Origin: Thermoplasmata archaeon
GTDB taxonomy: Archaea > Thermoplasmatota > Thermoplasmata > Thermoplasmatales > GCA-001856825
Assembly: GCA_021831005.1 (NCBI GenBank)
Contig: JAKBNO010000052.1
Coordinates: 1-36,226, forward strand
Direction of reading: 5' to 3'
Length of the DNA stretch: 36,226 bases
In this document: in pieces, positions 1 through 7,979 of the stretch
Numbering within the stretch: position 1 is the first letter of the stretch
Layout: every line of letters begins with the position of its first letter
Program-made: the position numbers and the translations under genes
Notes under the pieces: model-generated
Seen by the model: only the letters and a program-made list of their open reading frames with translations
Told to the model about the DNA's origin: nothing
The model's database searches: none

Positions 1-212
1 GAAAATGAAAAAATGAATTTTCTCCATTAAACGCAGCAATAATGATTTCAAATCATTCAACAGCATCGTACAGTCTTTGGTGGTAACAGTTTAAACCCTT
101 TTAGTTCGGCTTCCGGAACCGAGTTTGCGCAAGTTTGTGCAAATCGGTGTAATGCCAGTTTTTACCATAAATCACCATTATGTTAATATAGACGACTTAA
201 ATGCAAACTCAG

Positions 213-410
213 ATGTTAGGCAGCCCAACAGATTGGATAATATTGATCGTGGTCGTTCTGCTGGTTCTCGGCGGTTCAAAGAAGATACCTGAAGTCGCTA
301 AAGCACTAGGTCGCGCAATGGGTGAATTCAGGAAGGGACGGATGGAAGTCGAGAGAGAAATTAGCGAAGCGACAAAGTCCGAAGCCCCAAAACCCGAACC
401 CCACAATTAA
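213..410 (+). CDS. tatA: Twin-arginine translocase subunit TatA
   Basis: Single N-terminal TM followed by GGSKKIPEVAKALGRAMGEFRKG amphipathic helix typical of TatA. Start placed at ATG 213 because TTAATATA (183-190) fits a leaderless promoter; ATG 201 is the alternative. Confidence 0.93.
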   Translation: MLGSPTDWIILIVVVLLVLGGSKKIPEVAKALGRAMGEFRKGRMEVEREISEATKSEAPKPEPHN

Positions 411-477
411 GCACCCTTTGAATTGACAGAAATCCGCACACGAGAGACCGTACGAGATTAGAGTTGATTATTGAATC

Positions 478-1149
478 TTATTTTTTACATCCTTCACACC
501 ATAGATAGTAGTCTAAGAAATCAATTTCTTCTTGTAGGAGTGTTTTCTCAAATTCTGGAAACTTTTTCCTCCTGACACTGTTGTAGCTTAGATTTTGCAA
601 TTGCTTTGTTTTCTCAAATACATCTTGCATCATACTATCCTTTCCCGTCTCAACGCCCTTAACTGCGAGGGATCCACCCTTCAACACTATCTTTTCCGGG
701 ATCGTAGAGCTTCCAAGAAGCAAGACTGGTTCTTCTTTATCCAAGACTATCTTGGTGTTTTCCGAGAAGAATGTCTCGTCCCCTAGGAGTGCGAGAGAGA
801 GACCGTTGTTAGTGGCAGTTCCGTTTATGGCAGTGAAAATTGGTTTTTCAAGGGCTATCCAGAAAAGGACTAAGCTCTGGATTCTCTTGTAGTAATCTCT
901 AAGGTCCGCATAGCTCTTGTTTTCTGGAACAGAAATACCCCTTGAGAAGATGTAGTTAGACCCAGTCAAGAGGACTGAAGATACCTGATCATCCAGGGCT
1001 GCGATAGAGAAGACCCTGATGAGTTCCTCCAGAAGCGTGTTATCGATGTGTCCCGGAGAAAGCAGAGTGACTACGCCAACAGTTTCCTCTCTCCAGAATG
1101 ATATCTTTTTGAACCCTTCGACCGAAGGCGCTGAAGATTTGTGAGTCAT
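478..1149 (-). CDS. Enoyl-CoA hydratase/isomerase (crotonase) superfamily protein, divergent
   Basis: VGVVTL...DDQVSSVLLTG...FSRG...LEKPIFTAING..NNGLSLALLGD matches the crotonase-fold pattern; catalytic glutamates appear absent; C-terminal CEGC. Confidence 0.75.
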   Translation of the reverse strand: MTHKSSAPSVEGFKKISFWREETVGVVTLLSPGHIDNTLLEELIRVFSIAALDDQVSSVLLTGSNYIFSRGISVPENKSYADLRDYYKRIQSLVLFWIALEKPIFTAINGTATNNGLSLALLGDETFFSENTKIVLDKEEPVLLLGSSTIPEKIVLKGGSLAVKGVETGKDSMMQDVFEKTKQLQNLSYNSVRRKKFPEFEKTLLQEEIDFLDYYLWCEGCKK

Positions 1150-1221
1150 TTATCATACCCTCTTTGTAAATTATCGGCTTATATGTTATTCAACTTATAG
1201 TTTTGTCCCGCGCTGCCGTGT

Positions 1222-2052
1222 TTACGTTGAAGTTGATTTCTGCTCCACCCGGAGTCTCTTGCTCAGAATCCATTTGGCCAGGAGCGCACCAGAAAAATAA
1301 AGAGCAATTATAATGAGCGCTATCGTTGTCTCCATAATTCCACCTGTTGCTCCTGGTGAAATGAGCAGAGCTACGAAGAATGCACCTATGATCGCATATC
1401 TCCAGTTCTTGAACCAGAAAGATGGTGGAACTACCCCGACATAGGAGAGAGAAAACACGATTATCGGTGTCTCGAAAATTGCACCCATCCCAGCTGTTAT
1501 CAATACCACTATCGAAACAAACTGCAGTATCCCAAGGGTGGGAAGCACGCCCACATCCATGGCAAAAGCATAAATGACGTGAAAGAGAATAGGCATGATC
1601 AGCTTCAAAGCAAATACGACCCCCACAACAAACAGGATCAATATCGGTATTATCGAAAATGTTACTGCCTTCCTCTCTCTCGGATATAGGGCTGTCTTGG
1701 AGAAACTCAAGAACTGGAATGCGAGGACTGGGATGACAATAGATAGCGAGAAGGCAAGGGAAATGTAGACAACACTCACGACTATGTCAAACGGGGCAAT
1801 GTTGATCAGTACCATCTTGGGTGGCACTAGGGAAGTTTCCATCAGTTTCAGGAGAACGACCGAAAAACTGTTGTAGAATGAAGGAAACGGATAGAAAAGG
1901 TTGTACCCGTCTAGCCTGAATGGTACCGGTCCTAAAAGGAAAAGTCCGAAGAAAATTATAATGAAGACTATGATCGTTCCCTTCAGCCTCGCAATCAGCT
2001 CGTCTATGTAAGTGAACAGCTTTCCCCCAAGTACTCCCCTATCTTGACTCAT
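1222..2052 (-). CDS. tatC: Twin-arginine translocase subunit TatC
   Basis: About six hydrophobic segments, YIDELIARL, ALYPRERK, FETP, WRYAIIGAFFVALLISP motifs; tatA nearby. Confidence 0.92.
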   Translation of the reverse strand: MSQDRGVLGGKLFTYIDELIARLKGTIIVFIIIFFGLFLLGPVPFRLDGYNLFYPFPSFYNSFSVVLLKLMETSLVPPKMVLINIAPFDIVVSVVYISLAFSLSIVIPVLAFQFLSFSKTALYPRERKAVTFSIIPILILFVVGVVFALKLIMPILFHVIYAFAMDVGVLPTLGILQFVSIVVLITAGMGAIFETPIIVFSLSYVGVVPPSFWFKNWRYAIIGAFFVALLISPGATGGIMETTIALIIIALYFSGALLAKWILSKRLRVEQKSTST

Positions 2053-2171
2053 CCTTATCTTTCGTAGGAGGACATTTAATACTAATAAAATAGTTATCGC
2101 AATTCTTTACCGAATTTTCCCCTCTCCCTGAATATGGACAGTATTTTATTTTGAAACGGCATCACAGGCAG

Positions 2172-2789
2172 ATGGAAAGCAACATAATCCTTGCCCTAGA
2201 TATTGAAGATAAGGAGAAGGCACTAAAAGTGGCCACTGAAGTCAAGGGACTGGTAAAGGCTTACAAGGTTGGCTATCCACTCATCCTTTCAACAGGATCC
2301 AGTGTAGTCAAAGAGGTCTCAAATATCGGAGAGGTGATCGTGGACATCAAGATAGCGGACATACCAGATGTCTCTAGAAACATAGCCAAAAATTTGACGG
2401 AACAAGGTGCACAAGGAGTGATCATGCAAGGATTTGTGGGAAGAGATGTCGTCAGGGAAGTCAGAAAGGTAGCAAGGGACCTTTATATCGTGGCTGAGAT
2501 GTCTCACCCCGGAAACACAGACTTCATATCTGGCAACTCGGAAAAGATCGCGATGATGGCAAAGGAGGAAGGAGCTGATGGTATCGTTGCACCAGCTACA
2601 CATCCAGAGAGGATACGTGCACTGAAGAAAATATCTGGATTGAAAGTACTCTCCCCTGGGGTTGGAACTCAAGGCGGAAGCTACAAAGTGGCGATGGACA
2701 GCGGGGCAGACTACCTCATAATCGGAAGGAGCATAACTTTGTCTTCCGACCCGAAACAAAAGATTAAAGAATTATTGTCACAAAGGTGA
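2172..2789 (+). CDS. pyrF: Orotidine 5'-phosphate decarboxylase
   Basis: IILALD, KVGYPL, DIKIADIP (DxKxxD), PGVGTQGG, IIGRSI motifs. ATG 2172 lies about 25 nt after a TTTTATTT box. Confidence 0.95.
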   Translation: MESNIILALDIEDKEKALKVATEVKGLVKAYKVGYPLILSTGSSVVKEVSNIGEVIVDIKIADIPDVSRNIAKNLTEQGAQGVIMQGFVGRDVVREVRKVARDLYIVAEMSHPGNTDFISGNSEKIAMMAKEEGADGIVAPATHPERIRALKKISGLKVLSPGVGTQGGSYKVAMDSGADYLIIGRSITLSSDPKQKIKELLSQR

Positions 2790-3967
2790 GGCAGTTGCAA
2801 CTCACAAAAGAAGAAGAGAAGATATTCGAGGGGGAAATGGGAGATGCACCGAAGCTCGCAATAAGGTTACTGTATTCTCTGGGAGAGCTGGGTGAGGCAG
2901 AGAGACTGATACCCATCAAGTCGGCTCACATTTCTGGTGTTTCGTACAAGAACGTCGGCGAAGGCGGGATAGAGTTCCTCAAGAAAATGATGCACAAGGT
3001 TTCGGTTCCGACCTCTCTCAATCCACTGGGTTTTGATATCGAGAACGGTGGGCCAGTTGACATAGACGAAACGTTCCACAAGAAACAGATGGAGATAATT
3101 GGGATCTATCAGAAGATGGGAGTAATGGATAGCTTCACCTGCACCCCATATTACTTTTACAACGAACCGAGTTTTGGAGATCACATCTCTTGGGCCGAGA
3201 GCTCCGCGATCATCTATGTGAACTCTCTCATAGGAGCGAGGACCAACAGGGAGAGCGGTCCATCTGCACTGGCATCCGCCATAATAGGAAAGACCCCTGA
3301 CAGCGGCCTCCACCGGGATGAGGGAAGAAAAGCGACAGTTGTCGTGAATGTAGCAGAGAAGCTTGACTATACGCGATTTGCTGCGCTCGGTCTTTTTCTC
3401 GGACCAAAATTGAACAGGAACATTCCAATCATTAAAGGGCAGAAGGAAGCAAAAGGGATTGAACTGAAAGCTCTTTCAGCCGCCCTGTCTGCAACTTCAT
3501 CCATTCCCATGTTCCACGTGGACGGGATAACGAAAGAAACGAGTCTTGTATCTGACTCCCCTGAAACGATAAACGTGGAGAAGAGTGACATCGATGAAAC
3601 CATCAGTAAGAATTCGGCTCAAGAGGAGCCGGAGCTCATCGCAATAGGTTGCCCTCACCTTTCGTCTGAGGAGCTAGATTACATAGCAAGATTGGTTAAG
3701 GGAAAGAAGAAGGTTGGACCCGACCTGTTCCTGTTTACTTCCAGAGAGGTCAAGGCTCGATCATTGGAATCCGTAAAGACCATAGAGAATTTTGGAGGAA
3801 AGGTATTTTCTGATACCTGCATGGTTGTTTCGCCGCTGAGCAATAACTACAGCAAAACAGGAACCAATTCTGGAAAAGCGACCTTCTATCTACCTCTAAA
3901 GGGATATGGGAACCAGAAGGTTGCCTTCATGGGAATATTGGACTTGCTGAAGTGGGTGATAGGGTGA
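2786..3967 (+). CDS. Aconitase X catalytic (large) subunit, DUF521; putative phosphomevalonate dehydratase large subunit
   Basis: AHISGVSYKNVG, FTCTPY, WAESSA, NSLIGARTNRESGPSALASA, IGCPHLS, DTCMVVSP (three Fe-S Cys); adjacent to a DUF126 gene. Confidence 0.88.
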   Translation: MRQLQLTKEEEKIFEGEMGDAPKLAIRLLYSLGELGEAERLIPIKSAHISGVSYKNVGEGGIEFLKKMMHKVSVPTSLNPLGFDIENGGPVDIDETFHKKQMEIIGIYQKMGVMDSFTCTPYYFYNEPSFGDHISWAESSAIIYVNSLIGARTNRESGPSALASAIIGKTPDSGLHRDEGRKATVVVNVAEKLDYTRFAALGLFLGPKLNRNIPIIKGQKEAKGIELKALSAALSATSSIPMFHVDGITKETSLVSDSPETINVEKSDIDETISKNSAQEEPELIAIGCPHLSSEELDYIARLVKGKKKVGPDLFLFTSREVKARSLESVKTIENFGGKVFSDTCMVVSPLSNNYSKTGTNSGKATFYLPLKGYGNQKVAFMGILDLLKWVIG

Positions 3968-4746
3968 TGAAAGGACGCGGACTGTCTCCAGGCAAGGCCA
4001 CTTCCGATGTCGTTGTCTGTAACCAGCTCATTTCGCCTCTCGGCGAGATCAGCAGGGATGGATTCGTGACCAGCGGACCTTGCGAAAACACAAACATAAC
4101 TGGAAAGGTGTTGGCGTTCAAGGGGGGACGTGGTTCCACTGTCGGATCCTACACATTCCTTGAGTTAAAGACGAGAAACATTGCACCAACTGGACTGATA
4201 AATGAGGCTGCGGAACAGATGGTAGTTACCGGGGCAATAATATCTGAGATACCGATGGTCGACAGAGTACCGCTAGATGTCTTCTTGAAGGGGGACAGAG
4301 TTTCAATGAATGGCTCCACCGGAGATGTTTCTATACTTAATGTGAAGGAGAGGAGAGTAGCAACTGTCTATCTCATGCACGACGGAAATCTCCTGTTGCT
4401 TAAGAGGTCACGGGATATGCCATCGTACCCTGGACAAATAGGCGGCATCTCTGGTTTCATTGAAGAAGGGGAAACTCCTGAACAGACCGGGAGACGAGAG
4501 ATGCTGGAAGAATGTTCGACAGAAGATGCAAAGCTCAGGAAGATTGGAAAAGAGATCTATGTCAGGAACGACGGGAATCTTTACGGCATCACACCGATGA
4601 TTATGGAGACAAGAACAGCAAAAGTGAAACTGAACGAAGAAAACTCCGAATTCTACTGGATCAAACCTGGAGATTTACAATCCTACAAAACGGTTCCAAA
4701 ATTTCAAGAAACTTTTCTCTCTCTCTTAGGCAGGACCGGTACCTAG
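3967..4746 (+). CDS. Aconitase X swivel (small) subunit DUF126 fused to a C-terminal Nudix hydrolase domain
   Basis: N-half: KGRGLSPGKA...GKVLAFKGGRGSTVGSY...GAIISEIPMVD (AcnX small subunit with catalytic Ser motif). C-half: LLLKRS...SGFIEEGETPEQTGRREMLEE Nudix box. No stop between the halves; start overlaps the upstream stop (TGATG). Confidence 0.88.
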   Translation: MKGRGLSPGKATSDVVVCNQLISPLGEISRDGFVTSGPCENTNITGKVLAFKGGRGSTVGSYTFLELKTRNIAPTGLINEAAEQMVVTGAIISEIPMVDRVPLDVFLKGDRVSMNGSTGDVSILNVKERRVATVYLMHDGNLLLLKRSRDMPSYPGQIGGISGFIEEGETPEQTGRREMLEECSTEDAKLRKIGKEIYVRNDGNLYGITPMIMETRTAKVKLNEENSEFYWIKPGDLQSYKTVPKFQETFLSLLGRTGT

Positions 4747-4804
4747 ATTCCTAGGATTTCACACATTCACAATTCGATGCAAAACGAGACTACCAGAAAT
4801 ACAG

Positions 4805-4812
4805 TATTTATA
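4805..4812 (+). promoter_or_regulatory. TATA box of probable leaderless asnS transcript
   Basis: TATTTATA located 22-29 nt upstream of ATG 4834. Confidence 0.55.
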
Positions 4813-4833
4813 CAGAGAGAAATTAGGGGATTC

Positions 4834-6120
4834 ATGCACGTGAACGATGTACTGGACGACAGCCGCGTAGATACCCTGGTAAACGTTCGAGGCTGGGTCT
4901 ATAGGTCTAGAGAATCTGGTCGACTCATATTCTTGGTCATCAGAGACTCGACAAATATCGTTCAGGTTGTTGTGGAGAAGGGCACCGTCACTCCAGAAGA
5001 ATTCGAAATGGCAAAGAAGTCCAATATCGAGACCTCAATCGAAGTGGAAGGGAAGGTTTCGAAGGAGCAGAAGGCGGTCACCGGCTATGAAATCCACGCG
5101 ACAAAGGTCAAAGTCTACCAGTTCGCTGAAAATTTCCCGATCACAAAGGACAAGAGCGACGAGTTTCTGCTCGACATCAGACATCTCTGGTTGAGGAGCA
5201 GGGAGATGACTGCCATTATGAAAATGAGGGAGACAGTTCTCGACTCGATCCGCTATTTCATGAGAGAAAGAGGATACCACGAAGTGCAACCACCCATGTT
5301 CGTGGGTGGAATGGTCGAGGGTGGTTCCACCCTCTTCGAGGTTCCGTACTTTGGTGAGAAGGCTTATCTCACTCAATCCTCGCAGTTCTACTTGGAAGCA
5401 TTCATGTATTCACTTGAAAGTGTGTACACCATATCCCCCTCGTTCAGAGCAGAGAAGTCCAGGACAAGGAGACACCTCACTGAATACTCACACTATGAGG
5501 CAGAAGCTGCTTGGGTTGGAAACCAGCAGATGATGGATCTGGAAGAGGACATGATCATAGCCATAGCCCAAAGCCTGCTTTCCTCGAACAAGGGAGAACT
5601 CGAAATCGTCAAGAGAGACCTGAACAAGATCAAGAGGGTTGAAAAACCATTCTACAGGTATCGCTACGAAAAGGTAATAGAAATAGGAAGACAGAAGGGT
5701 CTCCAGTTGGACGACGTGACCGACTTAGGAGAGAAGGAGGAGAGGACTATAACCGAAGATTTTGACAAACCCATTTTCGTCTATAACTTCCCGACAGAGC
5801 TCAAACCATTCTACCATAGACCCGACCCAGAAGATCCGTCCCACGTAATGAACCACGACGTTCTGGCCCCCGAAGGGTATGGAGAAATAATCGGAGGGGG
5901 AGAAAGAATATGGAACAAGGACGAGCTGATCTCAAGGATGAGGAACGATAACCTGAATCCTGAAGATTATCAATGGTACGTTGACCTGAGGAGCTTTGGT
6001 AGCGTTCCTCATTCTGGTTTTGGACTTGGAGTTGACCGTCTGCTTACCTGGCTTGCTGGATTGGATCACATCAACAAGGTCGTTCCATTTCCGAGGACAA
6101 TAAGACGGCTTAAACCTTAG
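4834..6120 (+). CDS. asnS: Asparagine--tRNA ligase
   Basis: OB-fold N-terminus (VRGWVYRSR), RHLWLRS, YLTQSSQFYLEA, FRAEKSRTRRHLTEY, GEIIGGGERI, PHSGFGLGVDR. Confidence 0.93.
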   Translation: MHVNDVLDDSRVDTLVNVRGWVYRSRESGRLIFLVIRDSTNIVQVVVEKGTVTPEEFEMAKKSNIETSIEVEGKVSKEQKAVTGYEIHATKVKVYQFAENFPITKDKSDEFLLDIRHLWLRSREMTAIMKMRETVLDSIRYFMRERGYHEVQPPMFVGGMVEGGSTLFEVPYFGEKAYLTQSSQFYLEAFMYSLESVYTISPSFRAEKSRTRRHLTEYSHYEAEAAWVGNQQMMDLEEDMIIAIAQSLLSSNKGELEIVKRDLNKIKRVEKPFYRYRYEKVIEIGRQKGLQLDDVTDLGEKEERTITEDFDKPIFVYNFPTELKPFYHRPDPEDPSHVMNHDVLAPEGYGEIIGGGERIWNKDELISRMRNDNLNPEDYQWYVDLRSFGSVPHSGFGLGVDRLLTWLAGLDHINKVVPFPRTIRRLKP

Positions 6121-6228
6121 GCTGTGGAGTTGAAGCTTCAACAGTCTGGAACATTACCATCGGCTGACCGATCAAAATTAGTCCTGTCGTTCTAATACAA
6201 TTTTTATTCAACCTATTTATTAGCTTAC

Positions 6229-6477
6229 GTGCGGTGCATTTTTTCGGACCTCAAGGACGTTTGTCATTTCAAGTACCCGGGATACAAGTGCATACAGGAA
6301 GAGTGTGATATTTGGGGCCACCACAAGGCACTTGAGAATGAGTGTGTCTACTTGGATGCACATGGCTGCTCAAAACTCAACCTCCTCGCATGCAAAGGTA
6401 AGGATAACTGTGTCTTTTTCAGGGAATTTTTTGAATCTCCTGTAGAGATTCCTAAAGTAGTGGATCGGACAAAATAA
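6229..6477 (+). CDS. Hypothetical Cys-rich small protein with two 4-Cys repeats
   Basis: 82 aa, 8 Cys in a regular pattern; fills the gap between asnS and NMD3; TTTTTATT box about 25 nt upstream of the GTG. Confidence 0.65.
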   Translation: MRCIFSDLKDVCHFKYPGYKCIQEECDIWGHHKALENECVYLDAHGCSKLNLLACKGKDNCVFFREFFESPVEIPKVVDRTK

Positions 6478-6503
6478 TTTTAGTCACGTAGTCATAATCC
6501 GTT

Positions 6504-7532
6504 ACGAAGTGCATAGTCTGCGGGAAGGAAGTTGATCGGTCGACTGTCATCTGTGAAGATTGCAAGAAGGGAAGCATCACCGAAGGGTTTGTCAAATCAA
6601 TCAAGATCAAGCGGTGCCCGCATTGCGGCTCAGTGTTCTTGGGCGGATGGTCTGAGAAATCAATAAAGGAAGATGATGTTATAAATTCGGTTATCGAGTC
6701 GGTATTCAATATTACGGAACCTTCGTTCGAGGTGAGCGGCGATGAATACAACAGAAAGATATCTTACGAAGGAATATCATCAAAAGACGGAGAGCAAAGG
6801 AAGGGGCAGTTTTTCCTTCACACATCCCTGTCCACGTGCCCTGTTTGCACGAAGAAACTGGGCAATTATCACGAGGCTATCCTTCAGCTCAGGGGAGAGA
6901 AAGGTGAACGACAGGATTTCATCCTGAGCTACCTCGTCGATCTGGTCGACAACGCTCAATCCAAAGACGTATTCCTGACCAAGATGGACCGGATCAAGGA
7001 GGGCTATGATCTCTTCCTTTCGGACAAACAGTTTGCAAGGTCCATGGCGAGGAAGGCCATAGATCGGTTCGGAGGGTCCTTCAAGGAAACGTCGCACCTA
7101 GTGGGCATGAAGAATGGTACCGAACTCTACAGGATAACCGTATCCGTCCGCATTCCAAATTTCCAGAAGGGAGATGTGCTTAAAACTGACAAGAACCTCT
7201 ATCTAGTGGTGTCAATCAAAGCAGATCTGGTGACTCTGATAAGCTTCGCCAGTCGATCGAGGTCAAAAAAGAAACTTGAGGATTTAGAAGATCGTACTGT
7301 CTACCGGAATGGTGAAGATATAAAAGAGGCCGAAATTCTGTACAGAGAGGGAAAGACAGCGTACATAATGGATCCCTTCGATTTCAAGGAGAAAGCAGTT
7401 GTTGATGCTGATGGATCAGCCAGGTTGAAAGTTGTCAGGGTGGATGAAGAGCTTTTTGTCGTGCCATCGATACAGGCATCAAGAGTGACCAGTCCAATTC
7501 TTGCTTCCGATCGATCCGACAATAAGGATTGA
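6504..7532 (+). CDS. nmd3: NMD3 family ribosome biogenesis protein, probable non-canonical ACG start
   Basis: Frame is open from 6498 and encodes KCIVCG...ICEDC...RCPHCG upstream of the track start (6633), then TCPVC..GNYHEAILQLRG, EGYDLFL, YRITVSVR typical of archaeal NMD3. Confidence 0.85.
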   Translation, partial: TKCIVCGKEVDRSTVICEDCKKGSITEGFVKSIKIKRCPHCGSVFLGGWSEKSIKEDDVINSVIESVFNITEPSFEVSGDEYNRKISYEGISSKDGEQRKGQFFLHTSLSTCPVCTKKLGNYHEAILQLRGEKGERQDFILSYLVDLVDNAQSKDVFLTKMDRIKEGYDLFLSDKQFARSMARKAIDRFGGSFKETSHLVGMKNGTELYRITVSVRIPNFQKGDVLKTDKNLYLVVSIKADLVTLISFASRSRSKKKLEDLEDRTVYRNGEDIKEAEILYREGKTAYIMDPFDFKEKAVVDADGSARLKVVRVDEELFVVPSIQASRVTSPILASDRSDNKD

Positions 7533-7566
7533 AAAGAATTAAATTTCAATTACAAGTTCTAATCCA

Positions 7567-7965
7567 ATGGGCGCACAAAGCATTGCCATCACCTCTGCAA
7601 CGATGGGCTTCGTGAACATCATAATAGCTCTGGTAGTTTTGTGGATAGTTACTTCTGTTCCTCTTTATCTTGCGTCCAAGGTAATAATTCACAATCGGTC
7701 CAGTTTCTGGTACGCTATGGGTGGGACATTTATTGGAGCCATCGTTTTTCTTTTGTTCGGAGCTCTGTTCGGTCTTATATTCCCAATTCTTGGTCTCTTC
7801 TTCGGGTTCATTGGGATTATGCTGGTTCTAATGGGCGTATATCAGATCGACCTTGGGCGAGCATTCCTGCTCGCCTTTGTCACTTTCATTGTGTACCTCA
7901 TCCTATCGTTTCTGTTGGCGCTCCTGGGAGTTTCATTGGCTTTCATTCAACTTCACCTGCTCTAA
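7567..7965 (+). CDS. Hypothetical membrane protein (about 4 TM)
   Basis: 132 aa, almost entirely hydrophobic segments; AT-rich TATA-like box about 25 nt upstream. Confidence 0.75.
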   Translation: MGAQSIAITSATMGFVNIIIALVVLWIVTSVPLYLASKVIIHNRSSFWYAMGGTFIGAIVFLLFGALFGLIFPILGLFFGFIGIMLVLMGVYQIDLGRAFLLAFVTFIVYLILSFLLALLGVSLAFIQLHLL

Positions 7966-7979
7966 TTGTGGCCGGTGAA

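Noticed and set aside
6121..6172. 14-bp palindrome GTTGAAGCTTCAAC and small hairpin ATCGG-ctga-CCGAT after asnS
   Set aside because: Single copy and not part of an array; compatible with a 3' end structure or chance.
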